Shown one piece after another: positions 8,679 through 18,417 of a stretch of DNA of 32,000 nucleotides. Positions within the stretch are counted from its first letter, which is position 1. Each line of letters begins with the position of its first letter. Source of the DNA: Desulfocapsa sulfexigens DSM 10523 (lineage in GTDB: Bacteria; Desulfobacterota; Desulfobulbia; Desulfobulbales; Desulfocapsaceae); NCBI RefSeq assembly GCF_000341395.1, contig NC_020304.1:2280001-2312000 (forward strand). The letters run 5' to 3'. The notes beneath the pieces are model-generated. The model saw only the letters and a program-made list of their open reading frames with translations, ran no database searches and was not told the origin of the DNA. Position numbers and translations under genes: made by a program.

Positions 8679-10697
8679 ATGGCGTTACCAAATAAACCCA
8701 ACGGCGAGCTTAAGGCCGTTGAGAATCCCGAGATCGTTGAGCACGATGTTGACGTACTCATTGTTGGTGGTGGTATGGCTGCTTGCGGTACTGCTTTCGA
8801 GATCAAAAAATGGGCCAGCGATGACCTGAAGATTGTCCTTTGTGACAAAGCTTCCATGGAGCGTTCCGGTGCTGTTGCTCAGGGTCTGTCTGCTATCAAC
8901 ACCTATATTGGTGAGAATCCAATCGAAAACTACGTGAAGATGGTTCGTAATGACCTGATGGGCGTTGTTCGTGAGGATCTTATCTATGACTGTGGACGTC
9001 ACGTGGATGAGTCCGTTAAGCTTTTCGAAGAGTGGGGTCTCCCCGTTTGGAAGAAAGATGCTGATGGCGAAAACCTTGACGGTTCCAAGCCTGCCCCAAC
9101 CCTGCGTGAAGGTGGAACCCCTGTACGTACCGGTAAGTGGCAGATCATGATCAACGGTGAGTCTTATAAGTGTATCGTTGCTGAGCCCGCTAAAGCTGCC
9201 CTTGGTGAGGAAAACTGTCTTGAGCGTATCTTTATCGTGAAGATGCTTCTTGACAAAAACAAGCCAAATCAGATTGCTGGTGCTGTTGGTTTCTCTACCC
9301 GTGAAAACAAAGTACACGTTTTCCGTTGCAAAGCTGCTCTCGTAGCTTGTGGTGGTGCTGTTAACATCTTCCGTCCCCGGTCTACCGGTGAGGGTAAAGG
9401 TCGTGCATGGTATCCAGTATGGAATGCCGGTTCCACCTACACCATGTGTGGTCAGGTTGGTGCAACCATGACCATGATGGAAAATCGTTTCACCCCCGCT
9501 CGTTTTAAAGATGGATACGGACCTGTTGGTGCCTGGTTCCTTCTTTTTAAAGCTAAGGTTCAGAATGGTCTTGGTGAGTTTTATGCAAACACTGATGCCG
9601 TGAAAGATGAGCTTGAGAAGTTCATGCCTTATGGTGCTTCTGCTGTTACTCCTACCTGTCTTCGTAACCACTTGATGCTCAACGAGTTGAAAGAAGGTCG
9701 CGGACCAATCTACATGGCCACCGATGTTGCCCTGAATGCCTTCCTTGATGAACGTCGCGAAGCTGGAATGGACGAGAAGTCTCTGAAGAAATTCTGGAAA
9801 CACCTCGAGTCTGAAGCATGGGAAGATTTCCTTGATATGTCCGTTGGACAGGCTGGCCTTTGGGCTGGTGCCAACGTTGAGCCTGAGAAAGTAGGTTCTG
9901 AAATCATGCCAACCGAACCTTACCTCCTTGGTTCTCACTCCGGTTGTTGTGGTATCTGGACTTCAGGTCCCGATGAAGCTTGGGTTCCAGATGTTGCCAA
10001 TGATTCCCGCGCTCATAAGTACAAATGGGGATACAATCGTATGACCACCGTTGACGGACTCTTCACCGCTGGTGATGGTGTTGGTGCTTCCGGTCATAAG
10101 TTCTCCTCAGGTGCTCATGCTGAAGGACGTATCGTTGCTAAGCAGCTAGTGAAATTCTGTCGTGATAACGCTGACTTCAAGCCAGAGCTGAAGCAGACCG
10201 CACAGGAACTTGCAGACGAAGTTTACGCTCCAGTTAAACTGTACAATGAGCATGTCGGTGCTTCCACAAGCTCCAACGTTAACCCCAACTTCTGCAAGCC
10301 TGCAGGTATCATGATGCGTCTCATGAAAGCCACCGATGAGTATGGTGGTGGTGTTGCGACATACTACATGACCTCTGGTAAACTGCTGGGTATTTGTATG
10401 GATCTTCTCAAGCTTCTTCGCGAAGATGCAGAGAAAATGGCCGCTGGCGATCTTCATGAATTGCTTCGTGCCTGGGAGAATTACCATCGTATCTGGTGTG
10501 TAGAGATGCATATCCGTCACATTCAGTTCCGTGAGGAATCCCGCTACCCAGGATTCTACTACAGATCTGACTTCCCAACCTGTGATGACGAGAACTGGAA
10601 AGTTTTTGTTAACTCTACTTTCAATCCTGAGACTCAGGAGTGGTTGTGTGAGAAGGTTGAGTGTATTAACATCGTAGAGACCGACCCCTGGATCTAA
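8679..10697 (+). CDS. aprA: adenylylsulfate (APS) reductase, alpha subunit
   Basis: About 672 aa; FAD-binding VDVLIVGGGMAACGTAFEI, RSGAVAQGLSAINTYIG, YTMCGQVGATMTMMENRFTPARFKDGYGPVGAWFL, FTAGDGVGASGHKFSSGAHAEGR. SD aaggag precedes the ATG at 8679; the track start is 8673. Confidence 0.97.
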   Translation: MALPNKPNGELKAVENPEIVEHDVDVLIVGGGMAACGTAFEIKKWASDDLKIVLCDKASMERSGAVAQGLSAINTYIGENPIENYVKMVRNDLMGVVREDLIYDCGRHVDESVKLFEEWGLPVWKKDADGENLDGSKPAPTLREGGTPVRTGKWQIMINGESYKCIVAEPAKAALGEENCLERIFIVKMLLDKNKPNQIAGAVGFSTRENKVHVFRCKAALVACGGAVNIFRPRSTGEGKGRAWYPVWNAGSTYTMCGQVGATMTMMENRFTPARFKDGYGPVGAWFLLFKAKVQNGLGEFYANTDAVKDELEKFMPYGASAVTPTCLRNHLMLNELKEGRGPIYMATDVALNAFLDERREAGMDEKSLKKFWKHLESEAWEDFLDMSVGQAGLWAGANVEPEKVGSEIMPTEPYLLGSHSGCCGIWTSGPDEAWVPDVANDSRAHKYKWGYNRMTTVDGLFTAGDGVGASGHKFSSGAHAEGRIVAKQLVKFCRDNADFKPELKQTAQELADEVYAPVKLYNEHVGASTSSNVNPNFCKPAGIMMRLMKATDEYGGGVATYYMTSGKLLGICMDLLKLLREDAEKMAAGDLHELLRAWENYHRIWCVEMHIRHIQFREESRYPGFYYRSDFPTCDDENWKVFVNSTFNPETQEWLCEKVECINIVETDPWI

Positions 10698-10727
10698 TCC
10701 AAGGCTGTAGGACATACGCATGATAAC

Positions 10728-10763
10728 AATCTCCAGGAGTCTTCGGACTTCTGGAGATTTTTA
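10728..10763 (+). terminator. intrinsic terminator downstream of aprA
   Basis: AATCTCCAGgAGTC-TTCG-GACTtCTGGAGATT followed by TTTT; UUCG tetraloop. Confidence 0.85.
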
Positions 10764-10962
10764 CTATGTGGCACTTGTGGTTGATTAGAGGCAAGGAAAT
10801 GGGAATCTTTCCTTTATTCTGATGAGTTACAATGTTAAAAAAAAGAGCCTTTGATTCTTGAATTTGTTTGTTCTTAAATTGAAGCGTACTGAATGTCAGA
10901 ATTGCACTTGACCGGAAGTATGTTTTCAAAGGTAAATATTAAGAGTACTAATGGAGGTTGGT

Positions 10963-12225
10963 ATGACTGACGAGCAAGGCACTTCCGGTGCAATTTTGGT
11001 CGTAGGCGGTGGTATCAGCGGGCTCACTGCAGCCCTTGAAGCCGCTGAAGTCGGTAATGATGTGTACCTGGTCGAGAAAAATGCGTATTTTGGCGGTCGT
11101 GTGGCACAGCTGAACCAGTATTTCCCCAAACTGTGTCCCCCTAGCTGTGGACTGGAAATTAACTTTAAACGTATTAAGGATAACCGTCGTATCCGTACCT
11201 ACACTATGACAAGCGTAACAGCTGTGAGTGGTGGACCCGGAAATTACGAGGTTACTCTCGAAACATCACCCCGCTATGTCAATAGCAACTGTACTGCATG
11301 TGGCGAATGTGCTGATGCTTGTCCAGATGAAATTGACAACGAGTTTAACTTTGGAATGAATAAATCCAAAGCAGCTTATCTTCCACATGAGATGGCCTTC
11401 CCTCGTCGTTATGTGATCAACAAAGAGGCACTCACCTCTGCAGGTGCCGATGCTGTTAAGGCCTCCTGTAAATATGGTGCTGTTGATCTTGATATGGCGA
11501 CAGAAAGTAAAACAATCAATGTTGCATCCATTATCTGGGCCACAGGCTGGACACCTTATGATCCAACCAAAATGGACAATCTGAAGTTCAATGAATCCAA
11601 TGCCATTGTCACCAATATGATGATTGAGCGTATGGCAGCACCTGGTGGACCCACCAATGGTGCAATTCTTCGTCCCGGTGATAATAAAGAACCAGAATCT
11701 TTTGCTTTTGTTCAGTGTGCTGGATCCCGTGATGAAAATCATCTTGAGTTCTGTTCATACATCTGTTGTATGGCCACATTCAAACAGATGACGTACATCA
11801 GAGAACGCTACCCTGAAGCAAAAATTTATGTCTTTTATATTGACCTTCGTACTCCCGGTAAATACGAGAAATTCCGTGAGAAACTCATGAAGGATGCAAA
11901 CTCAACATTTATCAAGGGTAAAGTTGCTGAAATTATCCCCGAGTCCGATGGTTCTGTTACTGTTGTTGCAGAAAATGCAGTAACTGGTGAGAAGATCAAA
12001 CAGAATGTTGATATGGCAGTTCTTGCTACCGGTATGCAGCCATCTCTTGCTGTTAATGGTACTCCTGTTGCACTTGACACGGATCCAAGCGGTTTTGTTA
12101 ATTCAAATCCCGAGACCGGTGTGTTATCTGCAGGTTGTGCATGCAGAGCCGCCGACGTTGTTACAAGTAATCAGTCAGCAACAGCTGCTGCCCTGAAGGC
12201 AATTCAGGTTTCCAGGAGGTCATAA
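10963..12225 (+). CDS. qmoA: quinone-interacting membrane-bound oxidoreductase subunit QmoA (HdrA-like)
   Basis: ILVVGGGISGLTAALEAAEVGNDVYLVEKNAYFGGRVAQLNQYFPKLCPPSCGLEINF, CTACGECADACP. SD ggagg precedes the ATG at 10963; the track start is 10951. Confidence 0.93.
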   Translation: MTDEQGTSGAILVVGGGISGLTAALEAAEVGNDVYLVEKNAYFGGRVAQLNQYFPKLCPPSCGLEINFKRIKDNRRIRTYTMTSVTAVSGGPGNYEVTLETSPRYVNSNCTACGECADACPDEIDNEFNFGMNKSKAAYLPHEMAFPRRYVINKEALTSAGADAVKASCKYGAVDLDMATESKTINVASIIWATGWTPYDPTKMDNLKFNESNAIVTNMMIERMAAPGGPTNGAILRPGDNKEPESFAFVQCAGSRDENHLEFCSYICCMATFKQMTYIRERYPEAKIYVFYIDLRTPGKYEKFREKLMKDANSTFIKGKVAEIIPESDGSVTVVAENAVTGEKIKQNVDMAVLATGMQPSLAVNGTPVALDTDPSGFVNSNPETGVLSAGCACRAADVVTSNQSATAAALKAIQVSRRS

Positions 12226-12228
12226 TCA

Positions 12229-14481
12229 ATGGATAAGAAAATTTGTACCTATATATGTACAGGTTGTGGCATAGGAGAAGCCCTCGATATTGATGAGCTC
12301 TCTGGTGTTGTAACTGGTGAGATGTCACAGGAATGTAAAACCCATTCTGCTCTTTGCGGGCCTGAGGGGCGAGCGTTCCTTGAGAATGAAAAAAGTAGTG
12401 AAGGTATCAACACCTTTAATATCTGCGCCTGTTCTCCTCGTGTTATGCAAAGAGAGTTTGATATGGGCGATGATTGCATCACCGTTCGTGCCAACCTTCG
12501 TGAGCAGGTAATCTGGTCAGCTGGAGAGGCTGAAGAAGGCCAGGAAGATACTCATAAGGAATGGTTGCAGGAAACTGCAAGTGATTACATTCGTATGTCC
12601 TGTACCCGTGCCAAAAAAACTGAAATGCCTGAAGCCTATGAAATGGAATCCATGAACAAGGATATCCTGGTTATGGGTGGTGGTATTGCAGGGATGACTG
12701 CTGCTATTGAAGCTGCAAAGGCTGGTTCTAAGGTCACCATTATTGAAAAAGCTGATGTTCTTGGCGGAAAGGCTAACGGTTGGGCTAAACAGTTTCCAAC
12801 TTCCTATCCCTATGCTGAACTTGAAGAAAACTCCATTGGAGCAATGATTGCCGAGGTTGAAGCCAGTGCAAATATCACCGTAAAAACCGCGACTGAGGTT
12901 GCTCGTATCGGCGGTGCTCCCGGTGCTTTCAACGTTACTCTTAAAGCAGCTGGAACAAAATCAGAGTGGGATGCTCCTGCCAAGGTTGGAGTAGATGAGC
13001 AGGAACTGATTGATAAAGGAGAAATGGAAGATCCTAATGCTGGTCTTCAGCCCTATGCAAAAGCTAATGATGCTGGAGAGAGCTTCGGTGCAGTAGTTCT
13101 TGCAACGGGTTGGATCCCTGCTGATGTCTCAGAATACGAGCATCTTGGTTATGGTAGCAACGATAAGGTCGTCACCAACGCTGAGTTTGAGGCCATGGCT
13201 AAAAACGGCAAACTTGATGGCGTCAAAAAGGTTGCTTTCATTATGAGCCCTGGTGCAGATGAGCATGATGAGGATTTTCCTTATGCTAACTCTGTAACTT
13301 CAATGGTTGCCTTGAAGCAGGCCAAATATGTTCGTGAGAGCAATGCAGACGCCCAAGCCTATATTCTCTATCAGCACATGCGTACTCCTGGTAACATGGA
13401 GCTTTTCTATAAAGGTGTGCAGCAGGATGATGGAATATTCATGACCAAGGCAACTGTTACAGGTGTTGAGGGTGGAACCGTTCATGCAAAAGACACGCTT
13501 CTTGGAGAAGATCTTGATCTTGAAGTTGATCTTGTAGTACTTGCTGCTGGTATGGTACCCACTACCAAAGTTGAGAATACCATCAATCTGGCCTATCGTC
13601 AGGGGCCTAAATTTCTTGATCTGGATCTCTTTGACGGGTACGCAGATTCTCATTTTATCTGCTTTCCATATGAAACACGCCGTACTGGTATTTATGCCTG
13701 TGGTGGTGTTCGTAAAGCGATGAATATGCAGGAGACCATAGATGATGCCACCGGTGCGGCACTCAAAGCCATTCAGGCCATTGAGTCTACTGATCGTGGT
13801 GTCTCTGTTCATCCTCGCTCAGGAGATAAAACATATCCTGAGTTTTTTATGCAGAGATGTACTCAGTGTAAGCGTTGTACTGAGGAATGTCCATTTGGCG
13901 CACTTGATGATGATGAAAAGGGAACACCACTTCCGAACCCATCACGCTGTCGTCGCTGTGGTACCTGTATGGGCGCCTGTCCAGAGCGTATTATCGGATT
14001 CAAGGATTACAATATCGACCTGATCGGTTCTATGATTAAGGCTATTGAAGTTCCTGAAGAGGATGATGACAAGTTGCGGATTATAGTTTTTGCCTGTGAG
14101 AACGATGCCTATCCCGCCATTGATATGGCCGGAATGCGGAAGCATAAGCTCAGTCATATGATAAGAGTTATTCCGGTTCGCTGCCTTGGTTCCGTTAATA
14201 TGGCCTGGATTCGTGATTCAATGTCCGCCGGTTTTGACGGTGCAATGCTTCTTGGATGTAAATATGGGGATGACTATCAGTGCCATTTTGTTAAGGGGTC
14301 TGAGATAGCCACCAAGCGTATGGAGAACATAGGTGATTCTCTCTCAACTCTGGGAATTGAACCTGAGCGTGCAAAGTCAGAATCTGTTGCAATTACTGAC
14401 TATGACAAAATTTCTGACATTTTAGGCGAATTTGTTGAGGAAATTGTCGAAATGGGTCCAAATCCATTCAAGGGTTTTTAG
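12229..14481 (+). CDS. qmoB: QmoB (HdrA/MvhD-like flavoprotein with ferredoxin motifs)
   Basis: 750 aa; ILVMGGGIAGMTAAIEAAKAGSKVTIIEKADVLGGKA, CTQCKRCTEECPFGA and CRRCGTCMGACPERII, C-terminal MvhD-like domain (IIVFACENDAYPA..., IRVIPVRCLGSVNMAWIRDS...GAMLLGCKYGDDYQCHFVKG). Confidence 0.94.
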   Translation: MDKKICTYICTGCGIGEALDIDELSGVVTGEMSQECKTHSALCGPEGRAFLENEKSSEGINTFNICACSPRVMQREFDMGDDCITVRANLREQVIWSAGEAEEGQEDTHKEWLQETASDYIRMSCTRAKKTEMPEAYEMESMNKDILVMGGGIAGMTAAIEAAKAGSKVTIIEKADVLGGKANGWAKQFPTSYPYAELEENSIGAMIAEVEASANITVKTATEVARIGGAPGAFNVTLKAAGTKSEWDAPAKVGVDEQELIDKGEMEDPNAGLQPYAKANDAGESFGAVVLATGWIPADVSEYEHLGYGSNDKVVTNAEFEAMAKNGKLDGVKKVAFIMSPGADEHDEDFPYANSVTSMVALKQAKYVRESNADAQAYILYQHMRTPGNMELFYKGVQQDDGIFMTKATVTGVEGGTVHAKDTLLGEDLDLEVDLVVLAAGMVPTTKVENTINLAYRQGPKFLDLDLFDGYADSHFICFPYETRRTGIYACGGVRKAMNMQETIDDATGAALKAIQAIESTDRGVSVHPRSGDKTYPEFFMQRCTQCKRCTEECPFGALDDDEKGTPLPNPSRCRRCGTCMGACPERIIGFKDYNIDLIGSMIKAIEVPEEDDDKLRIIVFACENDAYPAIDMAGMRKHKLSHMIRVIPVRCLGSVNMAWIRDSMSAGFDGAMLLGCKYGDDYQCHFVKGSEIATKRMENIGDSLSTLGIEPERAKSESVAITDYDKISDILGEFVEEIVEMGPNPFKGF

Positions 14482-14620
14482 GTCTGTTATTTTATCGGGT
14501 ATCGGTGTGACTCTTCTTGCAAAAAAGGGAGAACACCGGTACCATGTTCAATTTAATTGAAAATTAATATTTTTAAAATATTGCTATACGACTTGATAAA
14601 AGAACAGGAGGAGTAGAACC

Positions 14621-15820
14621 ATGGATGTTCAGCCCGATTTAGATTTTATTAGATATTTGAAAACAGCTGGCGGTGACACTATGAAAAAGTGTTACCAATG
14701 TGCCACCTGTTCAGTAGTGTGTCCGTTGTCCACTGAAGAAAACCCTTTTCCACGTCAGGAAATGATCTTGGCTGGTTGGGGACTTAAAGATAAGCTTGTT
14801 GCTGATCCTAATGTTTTTCTTTGTCATCAGTGTGGAGATTGTACAGCATATTGTCCGCGTGGTGCAAAACCTGGTGATGTGCTTGGTGCAATCCGTGCCT
14901 ATGCATATACTGCCCTTGGATGGCCAACTGGTCTTGCAAAACTTGCATCCACCGCAAAAGGCCTTCCTATGCTGATTGCAATTCCAACTGTTGTTATATT
15001 CGTTCTTTGGGCGATTTCTGGTGGAATGACAATACCAGGAGCAGAAGAGTTCGCAAAACATGGATATCAGCGTTTCTTTGGCCACTGGGACTTCCATTGG
15101 TTATCAAAAAATGTTGCTTTTATTGATTTCTTTATGCTTGCAGCCGCTGGTCTTGCAGTTGTTGCCTCCTATAAAGGGGTAACGAAGATGTGGAAACAGA
15201 TGTGCGAGAGGGAAGGAGTTGATCCCAATTTCAAACCTTCAATGGTTCAGATGGTTCAGAATTTTGTATGGCCATCTGTCCTAGAGATTGTAAAGCACAC
15301 CCGCTTTAAAGAATGTGGTACTAACCGCAATCGTGAAACTGGTCATAAGCCACTGATGTGGGCTTTTGGTGGCCTTTTTATCGTTACTGCATGGTCTGCT
15401 TTTGCTAACGATGTTCTTGGCTTGTGGATTCCAAGTCTTCATGGTCCCATGTCTGTATGGAATCCTGTTAAAATTCTTGCCAACGTCTCTGCTGTTGCAA
15501 TGATTGTTGGGGTTGGAATTTTATGGATGAATCGTTCCAAGGCTGAGTCTGAAGATAACATCAGTCCAACCTTTTATGACTGGTTTCTTATTTGGGAAAT
15601 AATGGCTGTTGGCGTTACCGGTCTTCTTGCTGAAGTTGCTCGTTGGGCCGGACTTGCTGCACCTGGGTATATTATTTATTTTATCCACCTTGTAACTGTT
15701 ATGATGCTCTTTATGTATATGCCATATACAAAATTTGCTCACCTTATTTATCGTACAACCGCAATGACCTTTGAGAGGTATCGTGAAAGTGCTTTTGTGA
15801 AAAATCCTCTTAATGAATAG
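14621..15820 (+). CDS. qmoC: QmoC (HdrC-like Fe-S domain fused to cytochrome b-like membrane domain)
   Basis: 399 aa; CYQCATCSVVCPLST and CHQCGDCTAYCPRGAKPGDVLG, followed by several TM segments. Confidence 0.94.
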   Translation: MDVQPDLDFIRYLKTAGGDTMKKCYQCATCSVVCPLSTEENPFPRQEMILAGWGLKDKLVADPNVFLCHQCGDCTAYCPRGAKPGDVLGAIRAYAYTALGWPTGLAKLASTAKGLPMLIAIPTVVIFVLWAISGGMTIPGAEEFAKHGYQRFFGHWDFHWLSKNVAFIDFFMLAAAGLAVVASYKGVTKMWKQMCEREGVDPNFKPSMVQMVQNFVWPSVLEIVKHTRFKECGTNRNRETGHKPLMWAFGGLFIVTAWSAFANDVLGLWIPSLHGPMSVWNPVKILANVSAVAMIVGVGILWMNRSKAESEDNISPTFYDWFLIWEIMAVGVTGLLAEVARWAGLAAPGYIIYFIHLVTVMMLFMYMPYTKFAHLIYRTTAMTFERYRESAFVKNPLNE

Positions 15821-15843
15821 TTTTTATAGGGAAGTATGAGTTA

Positions 15844-15876
15844 AGGCTGTGTCTTCGGGCACAGCCTTTTTTTTTG
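15844..15876 (+). terminator. intrinsic terminator downstream of qmoC
   Basis: AGGCTGTGTC-TTCG-GGCACAGCCT followed by a run of T; UUCG tetraloop. Confidence 0.9.
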
Positions 15877-16036
15877 TTTGACAAATCGTTGAAAAGTAAT
15901 GGTGTTTCGGTGTAATAGATATTGTTGGTTGTTTGGAACACATTCAATCAGTAGTAAAATTAAGGAATTTTATCATCATAATCAAAATAAATATTGTAAT
16001 TAAAAATCCTTTTGGGTATATTCTTTCACCTTGTAC

Positions 16037-16112
16037 GCTGGCGTAGCTCAATTGGCAGAGCACCTGATTTGTAATCAGGATGTTGCGGGTTCAAGTCCCA
16101 TCGCCAGCTCCA
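16037..16112 (+). tRNA. tRNA-Thr (anticodon TGT)
   Basis: Acceptor GCTGGCG/CGCCAGC, D-arm TAGCTCAATTGGCAGAGC, anticodon arm CCTGA-TTTGTAA-TCAGG, T-loop TTCAAGT, encoded TCCA 3' end. Confidence 0.95.
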
Positions 16113-16183
16113 GTTGCACAGAGTATTTGGTATATCCAATTATTAATAAGCTGTAAGAGTAAATAGTTTGGTGTTTTAGTTGT

Positions 16184-16268
16184 GGAGGGGTTCCCGAGTG
16201 GCCAAAGGGAACAGACTGTAAATCTGTCGTCAGAGACTTCGGAGGTTCGAATCCTCCCCCCTCCACCA
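16184..16268 (+). tRNA. tRNA-Tyr (anticodon GTA), with long variable arm
   Basis: Acceptor GGAGGGG/CCCCTCC, anticodon loop CTGTAAA, long variable arm, T-arm GGAGG-TTCGAAT-CCTCC, encoded ACCA. Confidence 0.96.
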
Positions 16269-16299
16269 CCTGTATTTTATAAGATAAGCAGATATTATT

Positions 16300-16375
16300 G
16301 CGGGAATAGCTCAATTGGTAGAGCATCAGCCTTCCAAGCTGAGGGTTGCGAGTTCGAGTCTCGTTTCCCGCTCCA
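16300..16375 (+). tRNA. tRNA-Gly (anticodon TCC)
   Basis: Acceptor GCGGGAA/TTCCCGC, anticodon loop CTTCCAA, T-loop TTCGAGT, encoded TCCA. Confidence 0.96.
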
Positions 16376-16404
16376 TACGATATCTGTTTTTTTTTATTTT
16401 AAAT

Positions 16405-16480
<76 letters not shown>

Positions 16481-16531
16481 TCATCCATCGTTTTTTTAAT
16501 TATAAATTGACGGCCAGAGGAGACTACGACT

Positions 16532-17722
16532 ATGTCAAAAGTGAAATTTGAAAGGACTAAACCGCATGTCAATGTAGGTACCGTTGGTCATATTGATCAT
16601 GGTAAAACCACTCTGACTGCTGCAATAACAGCTGTACAGGCAACCAAGGGATTCGCCCAGTTTACTGACTTCAGTAATATTGATAAGGCTCCAGAGGAAA
16701 AAGAGCGCGGAATTACCATCGCAACAGCTCACGTTGAGTATGAGACTGAGAATCGTCATTACGCTCATGTGGATTGTCCTGGTCATGCTGACTATATTAA
16801 AAACATGATCACAGGTGCCGCACAGATGGACGGTGCTATTCTGGTGGTTGGTGCAGATGATGGTGCCATGCCTCAGACTCGTGAGCATATCCTTCTTGCG
16901 CGTCAGGTAGGTGTTCCTGCAATTGTTGTTTTCCTCAACAAATGCGACATGGTAGACGATGAAGAGCTTATCGAACTCGTTGAGATGGAGCTTCGTGAAC
17001 TCCTGGACAAATATGAATTTCCAGGCGATGATATTCCAATCATTCATGGCTCAGCTCTGAAGGCTCTTGAAAATCCAACGGATCCTGAAGCCGCTAAATG
17101 CATCAATGAATTGATGGAAGCCATCGATACATATATTCCTGAGCCTAAGCGTGATGTTGATCAGCCTTTCCTTATGCCTGTCGAGGATGTTTTTTCGATT
17201 TCTGGTCGTGGTACAGTTGCCACCGGTCGAATAGAGCGTGGGATCGTCCATGTTGGTGATGAGATAGAGATAGTAGGAATTAAAGATACCGTGAAGACCA
17301 CCTGTACCGGTGTTGAGATGTTCCGAAAACTGCTTGATGAAGGTCAGGCTGGTGATAATATTGGAGCTCTTCTTCGTGGCGTGAAACGTGAAGACATTGA
17401 GCGTGGACAAGTTCTCGCGAAGCCAGGTAGCATTAAGCCGCACACCAGTTTCAAGGCGGAGTGTTACATTCTTGGAAAAGATGAGGGCGGACGTCATACC
17501 CCATTCTTTAACGGATATCGTCCTCAGTTTTATTTCAGAACAACTGACGTAACAGGTGTTATAACCCTCCCCGAGGGAGTTGAGATGGTAATGCCTGGTG
17601 ACAACGTTCATGTTGTAGGCGAGCTTATCACCCCGATTGCAATGGATGTCGGTCTTCGTTTTGCTATCCGTGAGGGTGGTAGAACCGTCGGTGCTGGTGT
17701 TGTAAGCGAAATAATCGAATAA
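16532..17722 (+). CDS. tuf: translation elongation factor Tu
   Basis: 396 aa; [67 protein letters not shown]. Confidence 0.99.
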   Translation: MSKVKFERTKPHVNVGTVGHIDHGKTTLTAAITAVQATKGFAQFTDFSNIDKAPEEKERGITIATAHVEYETENRHYAHVDCPGHADYIKNMITGAAQMDGAILVVGADDGAMPQTREHILLARQVGVPAIVVFLNKCDMVDDEELIELVEMELRELLDKYEFPGDDIPIIHGSALKALENPTDPEAAKCINELMEAIDTYIPEPKRDVDQPFLMPVEDVFSISGRGTVATGRIERGIVHVGDEIEIVGIKDTVKTTCTGVEMFRKLLDEGQAGDNIGALLRGVKREDIERGQVLAKPGSIKPHTSFKAECYILGKDEGGRHTPFFNGYRPQFYFRTTDVTGVITLPEGVEMVMPGDNVHVVGELITPIAMDVGLRFAIREGGRTVGAGVVSEIIE

Positions 17723-17732
17723 TTAAAATTTT

Positions 17733-17774
17733 CAAACCACCTTGGAGTATCTTCTCCTGGTGGTTTGGTTTTTA
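17733..17774 (+). terminator. terminator or attenuator-like hairpin between tuf and rpmG
   Basis: CAAACCACC tt GGAG tatctt CTCC t GGTGGTTTG followed by GTTTTTAT. Confidence 0.65.
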
Positions 17775-17786
17775 TAAGGATTTACC

Positions 17787-17936
17787 ATGAGAGATATCGT
17801 CACCCTTGCCTGTGGTACATGCAAGCGTCGTAATTATACGACGACTAAAAATAAAAGAAACACTCCAGGAAAATTGGAGTTTAAAAAATATTGTCCATTT
17901 TGCAGGTCACATATACCGCACAAAGAGACGAAATAG
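17787..17936 (+). CDS. rpmG: 50S ribosomal protein L33 (bL33)
   Basis: 49 aa ORF, below the size cutoff of the supplied track: [50 protein letters not shown]33 zinc-cysteine pattern CxxC...CxxC; SD aagga upstream. Confidence 0.95.
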   Translation: MRDIVTLACGTCKRRNYTTTKNKRNTPGKLEFKKYCPFCRSHIPHKETK

Positions 17937-17949
17937 TCTTTTTTAATAC

Positions 17950-18026
17950 AGGCCAGTAGCTCTAATTGGTAGAGCGCCGGACTCCAAATCCGGATGCTGG
18001 GGGTTCGAGTCCCTCCTGGCCTGCCA
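17950..18026 (+). tRNA. tRNA-Trp (anticodon CCA)
   Basis: Acceptor AGGCCAG/CTGGCCT, anticodon arm CCGGA-CTCCAAA-TCCGG, T-loop TTCGAGT, encoded GCCA. Confidence 0.95.
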
Positions 18027-18084
18027 TATGTAGGTGTGTGTTTTCGACAGAATTAACCGTATTAACAGGAAGTGGTTATTGGAA

Positions 18085-18333
18085 ATGGCTAAAAAGACAA
18101 AGGCAATTAAAAAGCAGGATCTGGATAAAGATAAAAAAGCTTATTTTTCTCCTGCACAAATTCGAACTTTTATAGATGAAGTTAAAGTTGAGTTTACTAA
18201 AATTGTCTGGCCTGACAAAAAAACAACAATGGGTTTGACCGGTGTTGTTATTGTGTTCTCAATTCTCGCGTCTGCATACTTGGGCTCTGTTGATATGCTG
18301 CTTGGAAAATTGATCGATTCTGTTCTTCGATGA
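18085..18333 (+). CDS. secE: preprotein translocase subunit SecE
   Basis: 82 aa from the ATG at 18085: ...IRTFIDEVKVEFTKIVWPDKKTTMGLTGVVIVFSILASAYLGSVDMLLG. The track start at 18034 is an upstream extension. Confidence 0.92.
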   Translation: MAKKTKAIKKQDLDKDKKAYFSPAQIRTFIDEVKVEFTKIVWPDKKTTMGLTGVVIVFSILASAYLGSVDMLLGKLIDSVLR

Positions 18334-18417
18334 TTCGGAATTTATTCGATTTGGTTATCATTTATCCTCGCCTTGCGTAATACGTTTAGGCATTACACTT
18401 TTACTCATAATAAGCTC

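Noticed and set aside
8685-9938. 417-aa ORF on the - strand opposite aprA
   Set aside because: Fully antisense to canonical aprA, which has strong codon bias; the protein has no recognisable domain. The same logic applies to 10146-10721, 11266-11742, 13300-13812, 17051-17611 and 29330-29764.
15878-15918. Possible promoter for the tRNA cluster (TTGACA at 15878, or TTGAAA at 15889 with TGTAAT/TAATAG)
   Set aside because: TTGACA overlaps the end of the qmoC terminator T-run and has no good -10 at 17 nt; the alternative is weak in an AT-rich gap. Not strong enough to annotate.
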